Shown one piece after another: positions 1-9,270 of a stretch of DNA of 64,000 nucleotides. A model generated the notes under the pieces. The model was not told where the DNA came from. It made no database searches and saw nothing but the letters and a program-made list of their open reading frames with translations. The position numbers and the translations under genes are program-made. This DNA comes from a virus (taxonomy: Duplodnaviria; Caudoviricetes): the IMG/VR virus record IMGVR_UViG_3300046786_000304, positions 160,001 to 224,000 of that record; one strand, 5' to 3'. Position 1 is the first letter of the stretch; every line of letters starts with the position of its first letter.

Positions 1-135
1 TTGTCGGCAAACTCTGTGTTCATGGGCATAGGTAAAATTGCGCCAGGAACAACTCCGCAAGATGATATACGACAAAATCACGTTATTCGTAGCGTTACCA
101 AAGCACATAAAGATTATATCACAGTAATTGAATAA
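1..135 (+). CDS. 3' end of a hypothetical protein (partial; runs in from the window start)
   Basis: Frame 1 is open from base 1 (LSANSVFMGIGK...DYITVIE) to TAA at 133-135, which overlaps the next promoter cassette as in neighbouring genes. Confidence 0.55.
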   Translation: MSANSVFMGIGKIAPGTTPQDDIRQNHVIRSVTKAHKDYITVIE

Positions 136-190
136 TTGACACAAATTGGACTCTTTGCTATAATAGATACATAGCGTAACAAAACAGGAG
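133..190 (+). promoter_or_regulatory. Reiterated early promoter cassette, copy 1
   Basis: TTGACA 136-141, 17 bp spacer, TATAAT 159-164; shared motif TAATTGACACAAATTGG...GCTATAAT...TAACAAAACAGGAG ending in the RBS. Confidence 0.9.
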
Positions 191-196
191 TCCATA

Positions 197-418
197 ATGG
201 AACTAGCAATCGGAACTAAAATTGTTTATACAAGTGGCGCAGGTACCCGTGAAGCTACCGTGGTTAATATCAAAATTAAACCCACAGCAAAGCCTGGATT
301 TCTTAATACTTTTGTAACACTTTTAGTACCAGCCCAAAATGGGGATAAATTTGATACCCATGCTACAATTTGCGCTGACAATGCCAGCCTCAAAATGTTC
401 AAGGTCGCTGTCATTTAA
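197..418 (+). CDS. Hypothetical early protein, 73 aa
   Basis: ORF with AGGAG RBS directly behind the promoter cassette. Confidence 0.75.
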   Translation: MELAIGTKIVYTSGAGTREATVVNIKIKPTAKPGFLNTFVTLLVPAQNGDKFDTHATICADNASLKMFKVAVI

Positions 419-470
419 TTGACACAAATTGGGCTCGGTGCTATAATATATACATATTAACAAAACAGGA
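415..470 (+). promoter_or_regulatory. Reiterated early promoter cassette, copy 2
   Basis: TTGACA 419-424, 17 bp, TATAAT 442-447; same AATTGACACAAATTGG and TAACAAAACAGGA motifs. Confidence 0.9.
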
Positions 471-477
471 ATTAGAA

Positions 478-678
478 ATGACTGAACGTTACCAAACTAT
501 TTGCTATGCTAAGAACATTCCAATTAGTCAATTGGAATCTGTTCGTCAAGAATTCAAATTTCTTGCTGGTCTTACCGGCCGTAAATTACGAGTCCGATTT
601 CGTGGCCCTCGCTATGATGGTATGCGTCTTTATACTTTAAAGCGTCATGCCCATAGTTTTAGCGTATATTTCGTTTAA
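478..678 (+). CDS. Hypothetical basic early protein, 66 aa
   Basis: ORF behind promoter cassette and AGGA RBS. Confidence 0.75.
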   Translation: MTERYQTICYAKNIPISQLESVRQEFKFLAGLTGRKLRVRFRGPRYDGMRLYTLKRHAHSFSVYFV

Positions 679-731
679 TTGACATAAATTGGCATTCGTG
701 CTATAATACATTTTAAGTTAACAAAACAGGA
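675..731 (+). promoter_or_regulatory. Reiterated early promoter cassette, copy 3
   Basis: TTGACA 679-684, 17 bp, TATAAT 702-707, TAACAAAACAGGAG. Confidence 0.9.
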
Positions 732-738
732 GTTTTAG

Positions 739-1815
739 ATGGCTAATGTAACTATTTTTGCTGGCGAGTATCGTGGCACAGAAGTTAAAAATGAAACTTT
801 CCGTTTGGTATCTGACGTTAAGACAGGCGCCAAAGGTATGTTTGTAACAGTTCTAGATAACGGCACCCTGGGCTATAAAGGCAAGAGTGTTCGTGTTAAA
901 ATTAAAAGCATGGAGGATATCACAGTGAGCGGTCAAAGTATTGCAGATATGTCAGATAGTCAGCGTAAAAAAGCAAACAACGATAACAATGTGTTTTCAT
1001 TGATGGTTACCAAAGAGCCAGAAGTGTACACAGAAAGCGAAGAAGCCGCCATTGAGCGTATTCGTGAACGCTTCGACATCCTAGACCAAATGGCAGAAGG
1101 TACTACCTCGGGTGCTGTTCGTGCTATGATTGTCAGTGGCCCTCCAGGCGTAGGTAAGAGCTTTGGTGTTGAGAAGGTGCTTGAGCAGGCTAGTTTGTTT
1201 GACAAGATGGCCCAGCGTAAGAATCGTTTTGAAGTTGTTAAAGGTGCGATGAGCGCATTGGGTCTGTATGCTAAACTGTATCAATTTGCCGACGCAGGTA
1301 ACGTGCTAGTGTTTGACGACTGTGACAGCATCTTGCTTGACGACTTGTCGTTGAACATTCTTAAAGCCGCGTTGGACAGTTCTAAGAAGCGTACAATTTC
1401 TTGGAATACGGACAGCAGTATGTTGCGTCGTGAAGGTGTGCCAGATCGTTTCGAATTCAAAGGTAGTGTGATTTTTATCACTAACATTAAGTTTGAGCAC
1501 GTTCGCAGTAAGAAATTGAAAGACCACTTGGATGCGTTGGAAAGCCGTTGCCATTATTTGGACTTGACAATGGATACCCAACGTGACAAGTTCTTGCGTA
1601 TTAAGCAGATTGTACGTGACGGTATGCTCGACAGCTATGACTTCGAAGATGGCGCCAGCGATGAGATTGTTAACTATGTCTGGGAACAGCGTAACCGTTT
1701 GCGTGAACTGAGTTTGCGTACAGTTTTGAAAATCGCAGACTTGCGTAAAATGAGCGCACAAAATTGGAAGCGTCTCGCAGAGACAACAATTTTGAAACGT
1801 GCGGAAGTGTGCTAA
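739..1815 (+). CDS. AAA+/P-loop ATPase
   Basis: Walker A GPPGVGKS, Walker B-like VLVFDDCD, sensor-like FITN and SR motifs. Confidence 0.85.
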   Translation: MANVTIFAGEYRGTEVKNETFRLVSDVKTGAKGMFVTVLDNGTLGYKGKSVRVKIKSMEDITVSGQSIADMSDSQRKKANNDNNVFSLMVTKEPEVYTESEEAAIERIRERFDILDQMAEGTTSGAVRAMIVSGPPGVGKSFGVEKVLEQASLFDKMAQRKNRFEVVKGAMSALGLYAKLYQFADAGNVLVFDDCDSILLDDLSLNILKAALDSSKKRTISWNTDSSMLRREGVPDRFEFKGSVIFITNIKFEHVRSKKLKDHLDALESRCHYLDLTMDTQRDKFLRIKQIVRDGMLDSYDFEDGASDEIVNYVWEQRNRLRELSLRTVLKIADLRKMSAQNWKRLAETTILKRAEVC

Positions 1816-1820
1816 ACTAA

Positions 1821-1864
1821 ACAAAGCCCAATTAATTGACACTAATTGGGCTTTGTGTTATAAT
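1821..1864 (+). promoter_or_regulatory. Early promoter, copy 4, with the -35 box in the loop of a 14 bp inverted repeat (may also terminate the ATPase gene)
   Basis: ACAAAGCCCAATTA (1821-1834) / TAATTGGGCTTTGT (1843-1856) flank TTGACA 1836-1841; TATAAT at 1859-1864. Confidence 0.85.
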
Positions 1865-1893
1865 AAGTACTTAAACAGTAAAAAGGAATTTAA

Positions 1894-4011
1894 ATGAAAT
1901 TCAAACCCACTCTTATAGCAGTAGCAGTTCTAGCATTAGCAGGAAGCGTACAAGCTCAAGTAGCCGACAGAGAAGATGTTGCTAAATCAACTAACCTCAC
2001 AACAATCGGTGTAAGTGGTCGCGCATATGGTCAGACAACAGGTGTTGGTGCTTGGAAGAATGGCTACACTGGTAAAGGTTCTATCATTGCGGTTATTGAT
2101 CAAGGCTTTGACATCAATCATGCTGACCTCAAAGGCAATGTATTAGAATCCAAGAATTTTTATCCTGGTCAAATTATTAGTTGGGGTTTACATGGAACTC
2201 AAATGGCTAGTATTGCCGCTGGTATTTCCAATGGCATGGGTACAGTAGGTGTTGCGCCAGATGCCAAGTTACTATTGGCACAGGTAGGCAGTGGCGGTAC
2301 TACAACAGGTGTTAACATGGCCGCAGTATTACAAGCAATGACATGGGCAGACGCAAAAGGTGCCAATGTAATTAATTTAAGTTTGGGTTCTACATACGAC
2401 ACAAATTTTAAAGCAGGCACCGCACTACTCAATCCAAATGTTCCTGGAATTTATAAAGCCAATCCCATATATACAAATACTAAGACTGGCGCACTGGCTA
2501 GCATTTATGGAAATAAGATTTCTGATATCACTGCCTTTGCTACAGCAACAAAGTCGGCTGTGATTGTGGCAAGTGCGGGTAATAGTGGTACAGGTTACGC
2601 ACAATTTCCAGGTGCCTTTGCTACACAGACAGATGCCAATGGTAATTTGTTGTTAGGTGGTCGTGTGCTAATTGTTGGCAATGTTAAAGGTGACGGCAAA
2701 GGTGGATGGATCATGGATCCTAGTAGCAATCAAGCTGGTAGCATCTGTTCTAACATTGTAGGCAATACATGTCAAGACAAATACTATGTCAAAGACTTTT
2801 ATGTTGTGGCACCTGGTAGCGCAATTTGGAGCGCAGTTCCAGATGCGGCTCGTAGTGCATCAGGCATTGCCCAAGGTGTTACCAATGGCGCAGGCGGTGT
2901 AAGTGGCACAAGTCCAGCGGCCGCAGAAGTCAGTGGTGGTATCGCATTGATGCACCAAGCATGGCCACAGCTCAAAGCAAGTCAGTTAGTTCAAGTTGTT
3001 TTGAATACTGCTACATCTTTAGGCGACAGTGCCGTATATGGCAAAGGTATGGTGAACTTTGATAAGGCTACTCAACCTTACGCTAATATTAAATATTCTA
3101 CAGCGGCATTGACTTCTGGTTCACCAGTTAATGGTACAGCATTGACAACAACAGGTGCTACATTGAGTTCAAGTGCGTTGAAAACAAGTAGTGTGCTGTC
3201 TAATGTACAAGTTGTTGATGGTATCAATCGTAACTTTACATCAGACTTTACAAAGGCACTAGGCGTTAGCAATCCCGCTAACAGTTTGTTTACAAGTCCT
3301 TACTTGGCAATGAACGCAGTCGGCTATCGCGAATTCGCAGTACCTTATAACAAAGACACAACATTGACATTTATGCAAAGTCAAAATGGTTTTGCTAGTC
3401 AAGTTGATACAGCATATGGCGAAGGTCGTGTACAAGTACAGTTTGGTACAATGTCAGAACAAAGCGGCTTCCTAAACAACTATGGCTCAGGCTTGTTGGG
3501 TATGGGCAATAGCAGTACTTCATACGCAATGGTCGGTGGTTCTACTCCACTTGTTGGAAGTGTGGATTTGATTGGTAGTTATGGTCTTGGCATTACAAAA
3601 ACAGGTAACGCACAAGGCAGTATGTTGGCACTGAGCCCAACTGTTATCAGTGACACTTGGAAAGTTGGATTGGCTAAGAAAGATATTTTCTTTAGCGGCA
3701 AGACCAAAGACCAAGTTACCTTCGCAGTACAAGGTCCAGTAGGTGTACGTAAAGGTTATGCCGATGTAACAGCAGTTACAGGCTATACTTACAGTGGCAC
3801 AGATGATGACGTAACAGCCAATCCAGTTACTAGCACTGAACGAGTTAACTTGGCATCAGGTAAGCGTCAAACAGATTTGGTATTGGGTTATAATGTTAGC
3901 GTAGGTAACACAACTTACGCAGGCGTTAACATTGCTAAACAGTTTAACGTTGGTGGTGTGTCAGGTCAAACTGGTACAGCAGTTGGCGTTATGGTACGTA
4001 GTGTGTTTTAA
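1894..4011 (+). CDS. Secreted subtilase (S8) serine protease with a putative C-terminal outer-membrane beta-barrel (autotransporter-like)
   Basis: Signal peptide MKFKPTLIAVAVLALAGSVQA; triad motifs AVIDQG, LHGT, GTSPAAA; amphipathic beta-strand C-terminus ending in Phe. Confidence 0.85.
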   Translation: MKFKPTLIAVAVLALAGSVQAQVADREDVAKSTNLTTIGVSGRAYGQTTGVGAWKNGYTGKGSIIAVIDQGFDINHADLKGNVLESKNFYPGQIISWGLHGTQMASIAAGISNGMGTVGVAPDAKLLLAQVGSGGTTTGVNMAAVLQAMTWADAKGANVINLSLGSTYDTNFKAGTALLNPNVPGIYKANPIYTNTKTGALASIYGNKISDITAFATATKSAVIVASAGNSGTGYAQFPGAFATQTDANGNLLLGGRVLIVGNVKGDGKGGWIMDPSSNQAGSICSNIVGNTCQDKYYVKDFYVVAPGSAIWSAVPDAARSASGIAQGVTNGAGGVSGTSPAAAEVSGGIALMHQAWPQLKASQLVQVVLNTATSLGDSAVYGKGMVNFDKATQPYANIKYSTAALTSGSPVNGTALTTTGATLSSSALKTSSVLSNVQVVDGINRNFTSDFTKALGVSNPANSLFTSPYLAMNAVGYREFAVPYNKDTTLTFMQSQNGFASQVDTAYGEGRVQVQFGTMSEQSGFLNNYGSGLLGMGNSSTSYAMVGGSTPLVGSVDLIGSYGLGITKTGNAQGSMLALSPTVISDTWKVGLAKKDIFFSGKTKDQVTFAVQGPVGVRKGYADVTAVTGYTYSGTDDDVTANPVTSTERVNLASGKRQTDLVLGYNVSVGNTTYAGVNIAKQFNVGGVSGQTGTAVGVMVRSVF

Positions 4012-4063
4012 TAGACATACTACAATTTTTAATGTATAATGCTTTATTGCTAACAGGAACTAT

Positions 4064-4708
4064 ATGCCAACTCTTCAACAAGTTGTAGAATACAATCAAA
4101 AAAATGTTAACTGGAATAAATTTTTCTCAGTAGTAGACACACTTGGAAAAACAATGAACAGTCAAAAAGATCGTTTTGATAAAAGTGATATTATTGAAAT
4201 GGCATTAGATGCTTATAGCGACGGCAATATTAAATATACAAATGAAGATGGTGTAGATCACGAACTTGTAAATTTGTCTAATAAAAAAGGAAATCCTACT
4301 ACTCAGGAAATGAAATTTGTAGGAACTTTATTTTACAAAGAGTTCGTTTTATTAAGGGCTAATAAAAAAAGAGGAATCGCCAGCGTCAAAGAACTTCGTC
4401 CTAGTAATCAACCAATCTCGTTACGATTAGTTAATTCGATGGGCTCAAATACTCACAAGACCTTACCAGCGTCCTACGCAGAGTTTCTTCTAGTAGCTGA
4501 TAATCATAGTATTCATATTATCGAAGTTTCAGAACTTGTTCCTTATTTGAAATTCGGAGGCGATGGCATCGAGGCACACAAAGTTCCTTATAATCTTTTT
4601 CATAAAGTTATAGGACCCGACGAGATTAAAAATCGCCAACCACTCGAAGGTTTTAATTACAAAGAAGAAAAAACAAAATTTCAAAGAAATTTTTTAAATA
4701 AGTTCTAA
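4064..4708 (+). CDS. Hypothetical protein, possible PD-(D/E)XK restriction-endonuclease-like
   Basis: GVD...QEMK nuclease-like motif; directly upstream of a DNA methyltransferase. Confidence 0.45.
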   Translation: MPTLQQVVEYNQKNVNWNKFFSVVDTLGKTMNSQKDRFDKSDIIEMALDAYSDGNIKYTNEDGVDHELVNLSNKKGNPTTQEMKFVGTLFYKEFVLLRANKKRGIASVKELRPSNQPISLRLVNSMGSNTHKTLPASYAEFLLVADNHSIHIIEVSELVPYLKFGGDGIEAHKVPYNLFHKVIGPDEIKNRQPLEGFNYKEEKTKFQRNFLNKF

Positions 4709-4719
4709 TAAATAATCAC

Positions 4720-5571
4720 ATGACAACATATAAAGTATACAACCAATCATGTATAGAAGGCATGAAAGAGCATGTGGCAGATAATTCTGTAGATCTAATT
4801 TTTACAGATCCGCCATATGGTATCAAGGGAGATGAACTAGACGTTCATTATCACCGCGACGAATCCAAGGTAGTTCCAGGATATGTTGACGTACCGTTAG
4901 ATGAGTACGCCCAATTTAGTTTAGACTGGATTAAAGAATGCGAACGTGTTCTTCGTCCAGGCGGAAGTATCTATATTGTTAGCGGTTATACCAATTTACA
5001 TCATATTCTCAACGCATTACATTCTACTAAACTAGAAGAAATTAATCATATCATTGCCAAATATAGTTTTGGTGTTAGCACAAAAAATAAATTTGTATCA
5101 AGCCATTATCATGTTTTGTTTTGGCAAAAGCCAGACAAAAATAAACAGAAACGTACTTTCAATTCTAATTGGAAATTTACAGATCAAAAAGATAGCTATC
5201 ATGATCGTCTAACAGTACAAGACATGCCCAGGGATTATAAACCAGGAGAAGTCAAAAACAAAAATCAACTCAGCGAAGATTTCATAATGAAATTTATTAT
5301 GTATTCTAGTAACAGAGGTGATACTGTTTTAGATTGTTTTGGCGGCGGCCTTACTACAGGCAGAACAGCATTACGTTGGGGAAGAAATTTTATTGGGTTT
5401 GAATTGAATAATAATGCTTACAATGCATTTGTTCCAACTTTAGGAAGTGTGGAAGAATTAGAAGATCCAGATCCGATTAGTCCGGACTCAGAAGAACTTG
5501 CTAAACGTGAAAAGATGAGAGCAGGTTGGAAAAAAACAAGAGCAGAAAGAAAAAAAGGTAAAACAGAATAA
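4720..5571 (+). CDS. DNA methyltransferase, N6-adenine/N4-cytosine beta class
   Basis: Catalytic TDPPY precedes the SAM-binding VLDCFGGGLTTG motif. Confidence 0.9.
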   Translation: MTTYKVYNQSCIEGMKEHVADNSVDLIFTDPPYGIKGDELDVHYHRDESKVVPGYVDVPLDEYAQFSLDWIKECERVLRPGGSIYIVSGYTNLHHILNALHSTKLEEINHIIAKYSFGVSTKNKFVSSHYHVLFWQKPDKNKQKRTFNSNWKFTDQKDSYHDRLTVQDMPRDYKPGEVKNKNQLSEDFIMKFIMYSSNRGDTVLDCFGGGLTTGRTALRWGRNFIGFELNNNAYNAFVPTLGSVEELEDPDPISPDSEELAKREKMRAGWKKTRAERKKGKTE

Positions 5572-5709
5572 AAAAGTATCTGTTTTATTAAGAATATTAT
5601 GCTAAATAATATTGTATAAAGTAAATTTACTTAATACACACATTGAATAAAGTTATTCAATGCTCCAGCGATACAGGTTATCGCTTCTAGTTATATTTAA
5701 GGAGAAAAA

Positions 5710-6882
5710 ATGAAAACTAGTACATTATCTTTAGTGGCATCTACACCACAATCTTTAGTCCCAGCAGATTCTAGAGAAGCAGTCAGAAAAATCTTTGATC
5801 TACCAGATCCAATGCCGATTAGTGAAATTCTCAATAAAGAAGAATTTAAAACTTTACAAGAAGAATTCAACGCAGAAGCAGAAGGCGAAATATTAGATCC
5901 AATTGATCTGTCAATTTATAGACAAATTCCGTCTTCGTTTAATTTGAAAGAAGCATGGATAGATTACGTAGAACAACGAGAACGTCTTCCAGATCATAAC
6001 TACAGGAAAGGTATTATCCAGCTGGCATTAAAATTTAATGCAAGACATGCAGGAATTCCTATGCTAAGTATTCCCGTAGACGCAGAAGAATCTGAACAAC
6101 ACAAATATCTATTAGACTGGCAAAAACGATGCCTTGCTCTTGCATTAAGGGGTGTTTATGAATATCCGTGTGTAATTGTAGAAACTACTAAAGCAGAAAT
6201 GGCCAAAGATTTTGGTTCGCAATTTAAATTAAAAGATCGTATGCAAGAATACGATAAGTTTAAAGCAGCTTTAGCAGAACAAAGTCCTAAACATTGGGCA
6301 ATGCAACATTGTTTTGATAGATTAGGAGTTAGTGCATATCCTTTTGGCAACCCTCCTCAGATTACCGGGCTCGGTGACATATCTAAAGCAATGTTTGATC
6401 CTTCACTAAATAACTCTGAAAAAAATTCTTCTTTTGAAGAAAAGAAATTCCAGAATTTTGTCAGAGCAGTGTCTATTCATCGACGAGTATGGCCAGAGTT
6501 GTCAAAAACTTCAATCCAGGGATCGTGGATTAGGGGTATGGTTGCAATCATTGCATCATTTGATACTAATGTCCTTAAAGGAACAGATGATTGGATTATT
6601 ACAATATTAGAAGAAGCAAAAAATCCTGATTATGATCTTTATAAAGAAGGTCCTCCAGGAGAAATGGTTTCTGTCGGGTTAAAAAATCCAATCGACTGGA
6701 CTACTAAAGCAGACTGGCATGGTAATAAACACCATCAAAAAGCCATTACTACTTTTGCAAGAGCATGGAATAAGATTAGGAATAGTGCTAAACTAAGAAG
6801 AACAATTCCTATGCTTAATGAAAATCCAATCATCGGAATAGAGAATGGTGCTAAAATGTTAGATATGAAATCCGAAGAATAA
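5710..6882 (+). CDS. Hypothetical protein, possible ParB/DGQHR-like domain
   Basis: 390 aa ORF with GGAG RBS; LLDWQKR resembles a degenerate DGQHR motif. Confidence 0.45.
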   Translation: MKTSTLSLVASTPQSLVPADSREAVRKIFDLPDPMPISEILNKEEFKTLQEEFNAEAEGEILDPIDLSIYRQIPSSFNLKEAWIDYVEQRERLPDHNYRKGIIQLALKFNARHAGIPMLSIPVDAEESEQHKYLLDWQKRCLALALRGVYEYPCVIVETTKAEMAKDFGSQFKLKDRMQEYDKFKAALAEQSPKHWAMQHCFDRLGVSAYPFGNPPQITGLGDISKAMFDPSLNNSEKNSSFEEKKFQNFVRAVSIHRRVWPELSKTSIQGSWIRGMVAIIASFDTNVLKGTDDWIITILEEAKNPDYDLYKEGPPGEMVSVGLKNPIDWTTKADWHGNKHHQKAITTFARAWNKIRNSAKLRRTIPMLNENPIIGIENGAKMLDMKSEE

Positions 6883-6893
6883 CATTAATAGAT

Positions 6894-7037
6894 GATAACA
6901 TCTCCTAGGAGATGTTATCGAAATAATCTCCAGGCTACCGGAGAAGCCTTCCCACTCTATATAGAGTGCAAATACAGAGGGCCCAGCACCGTGCAATGCG
7001 GTAATGGTAGACAATTATAGAAGTTTTATAAATTGTC
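6894..7037. other. Non-coding cluster of palindromes/hairpins with a possible pseudoknot
   Basis: Perfect 26 bp palindrome GATAACATCTCCTAGGAGATGTTATC (6894-6919); TCTCC/GGAGA crossed with AGGCT/AGCCT (6927-6949); CACTC-TATATA-GAGTG; GACAATTATA...TATAAATTGTC. Confidence 0.6.
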
Positions 7038-7084
7038 AATGGCAGGTAGCACATTCAATTTTAAAACATTAAGGATGTCCAATT

Positions 7085-7351
7085 ATGACAATCAAATTTT
7101 TCAAACCCTCTGACCCTCGCTTGTTTAAAGATAAACACGAAGAATGGATTCGGGATAGTCTCGAAGTAGATAGCATAGAACAAATAGACGGTGATCCTAG
7201 TGCTTATTTTATTCTTAAATTAAAAGAAGCATTTGATGAATCATCACGCAATTTTAGAATAGTTGTAAAGCACAAAAACTTCTTTAGAGAACATTTTACT
7301 AACTATAACGATGCCTTGGAGGTAATCAATCGAGTAAAGGCAAAGCTATGA
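7085..7351 (+). CDS. Hypothetical protein
   Basis: ORF, ATGA-coupled to the next gene. Confidence 0.65.
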   Translation: MTIKFFKPSDPRLFKDKHEEWIRDSLEVDSIEQIDGDPSAYFILKLKEAFDESSRNFRIVVKHKNFFREHFTNYNDALEVINRVKAKL

Positions 7352-7566
7352 CAATACTAAAATATTATTTTGTAGCTTCTAGTCAAGAAGTAGGAGAATG
7401 GCTTGATATTCACATGCCAAATCCTCCTTTACCTGATACACAACGATGGACCATAACAGAAAATAGATCAATTCAATTTGAAGACGAAAACGATGCTATG
7501 TTATTTAGATTAGCCTGGGGAGATGGCAATCCTCCGCAAAAGAGGTATGAACATGACAGCAAATAA
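7348..7566 (+). CDS. Hypothetical protein
   Basis: Coupled ORF; C-terminal FEDENDAMLFRLAW is typical of a small phage protein family (recollection). Confidence 0.65.
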   Translation: MTILKYYFVASSQEVGEWLDIHMPNPPLPDTQRWTITENRSIQFEDENDAMLFRLAWGDGNPPQKRYEHDSK

Positions 7567-8230
7567 GAAATGGCTCCCTCCACTATTAGTGCCAATACCA
7601 AAAGGACATGCATGTCACTACGCAACTAACACTCCTCGCAGTTGGCCGCCATCGGGTTCAACGTCTGCGATATTACACATGTTATTACAGCGACGACATA
7701 GAAAGGCTGAAGGTTTGTTCGTGGACTTGCCTCAACCCGATACGTACTATCGATTATTTGCACGTCGAACAGAAGATAAAAAACAAAAATATAAAAAATC
7801 TAAAATTCAATATATAACAGCTAGCCCAACTGGAGAATTTATTAGAGTAGATCATACGCTAAAGGATGCTAAACATCATTTGTCATTTGATGAAACTAAG
7901 GCTAGAAATAGAGGTAAATTAGTAAGAAAGGAAATCCCAATTGGGTCTTATGTATTAAAATACATTGAAGACTGGGATCAATTTAATTGGGAAACACCGA
8001 CTATACATGATCTGTCTCCAGTGGCAGTTAAACGATGTAAGGAATGTCCAAACAAAACTAGCACACAAGGCCAATGCGCCTGTGGCTTTTGGAGTGCTAT
8101 CAGGGATAACACTGAATCAAAAGTTTGGTGGTCTATCCATGATAGGCGAATGTACGACATTCGACAGAAAAAAGAAGAACACAAAAACCGAAAAATCAAA
8201 CTAAGTTTGAAAGATTTGTTTGAGGATTGA
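7523..8230 (+). CDS. Hypothetical protein with a small Cys cluster (real start probably 7547 or 7553)
   Basis: ORF; CKEC...CACG cluster; GAGG RBS at 7542-7545. Confidence 0.65.
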   Translation: MAILRKRGMNMTANKKWLPPLLVPIPKGHACHYATNTPRSWPPSGSTSAILHMLLQRRHRKAEGLFVDLPQPDTYYRLFARRTEDKKQKYKKSKIQYITASPTGEFIRVDHTLKDAKHHLSFDETKARNRGKLVRKEIPIGSYVLKYIEDWDQFNWETPTIHDLSPVAVKRCKECPNKTSTQGQCACGFWSAIRDNTESKVWWSIHDRRMYDIRQKKEEHKNRKIKLSLKDLFED

Positions 8231-8273
8231 CTCTTAATACTAATTATAGTATAATAAATTTTTAAGGATAGAT

Positions 8274-9194
8274 ATGTTTCCATATATCGGCGGTAAAGCA
8301 CATCATGTTAAATGGCTAGATCCATTGTTCCCTGACACCTTTCCTACTTTTGTAGAAGTGTTTGGGGGTGCCGGATGGGTGTCAGTTAAAAGCACAAAAG
8401 TAGCACAGGCTACTACAAGAGTCTACAATGACTTTAATCCTTTGTTGGCAAATGTCTACGAGTGCTTTAGGCGTGATCCTGTCGCCGTATTAGCTAAGAT
8501 GAATTCTGTTACTAAAAGCGATCCAGTACTGTATTCTCAATACCAACAAGAGCTGTTCGGTACGTTAGACTGGACTAAAGTTACATTAGGTGATCTTGAC
8601 TTGTGTGTTAAGTATCTTTACTTACAGACACAAGTATTTGCGGGTACGCCACTAAGCACTAAGAATGTACCTTACTTTACAGAAACTAAGGCCGGTGGCA
8701 AGTATCCTAGCAAATATGATACACTTAAAAATAAATTAAACAAATCAGAAATCACAGATAGGCTTAAACAGATTACCACTGTTGAACAAATGGACTGTAT
8801 TGATTTGATTAAGAAATACGACAGTCCTGACACATTCTTTTATGTAGATCCTCCATACTACAATATGGAGTTTTACTATTCAAAAGATTTTCCAAAAGAA
8901 AAGCACGAAGAGTTAGCTAATACGTTGGCTAATATCCAAGGTAAGTTTGCTCTTAGCTATTATGACTTCGATGACTTACATAGACTTTATCCGGAAGACA
9001 AGTTTGTTTGGCATAAACAAGAAGTGTATCGCAGTGCAGCTACTAGAAGCGGCAATGATGCTAATTACAAAACAAAAAGTAAAGGCACAGAAATTCTAAT
9101 TATGAATTACAATCCTTCTCCTAATACCAAAGCTGTTACTGTAAAAAAAGAAAAAGCAGTTAAGACTACCTTTGATGAAGTGTTCCAGGCATAA
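8274..9194 (+). CDS. dam: Dam-like (D12 class) N6-adenine DNA methyltransferase
   Basis: FPYIGGK, FVEVFGGAG and YVDPPY motifs. Confidence 0.85.
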   Translation: MFPYIGGKAHHVKWLDPLFPDTFPTFVEVFGGAGWVSVKSTKVAQATTRVYNDFNPLLANVYECFRRDPVAVLAKMNSVTKSDPVLYSQYQQELFGTLDWTKVTLGDLDLCVKYLYLQTQVFAGTPLSTKNVPYFTETKAGGKYPSKYDTLKNKLNKSEITDRLKQITTVEQMDCIDLIKKYDSPDTFFYVDPPYYNMEFYYSKDFPKEKHEELANTLANIQGKFALSYYDFDDLHRLYPEDKFVWHKQEVYRSAATRSGNDANYKTKSKGTEILIMNYNPSPNTKAVTVKKEKAVKTTFDEVFQA

Positions 9195-9218
9195 CATAAA
9201 AGGTTAAATTAATCAAAC

Positions 9219-9245
9219 AAAGCAACCTTTAAAGGTTGCTTTTTT
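9219..9245 (+). terminator. Intrinsic terminator
   Basis: AAAGCAACCTTTAAAGGTTGCTTT palindrome followed by a T run. Confidence 0.75.
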
Positions 9246-9270
9246 GTGACTTATTATGTTATAATATCGT

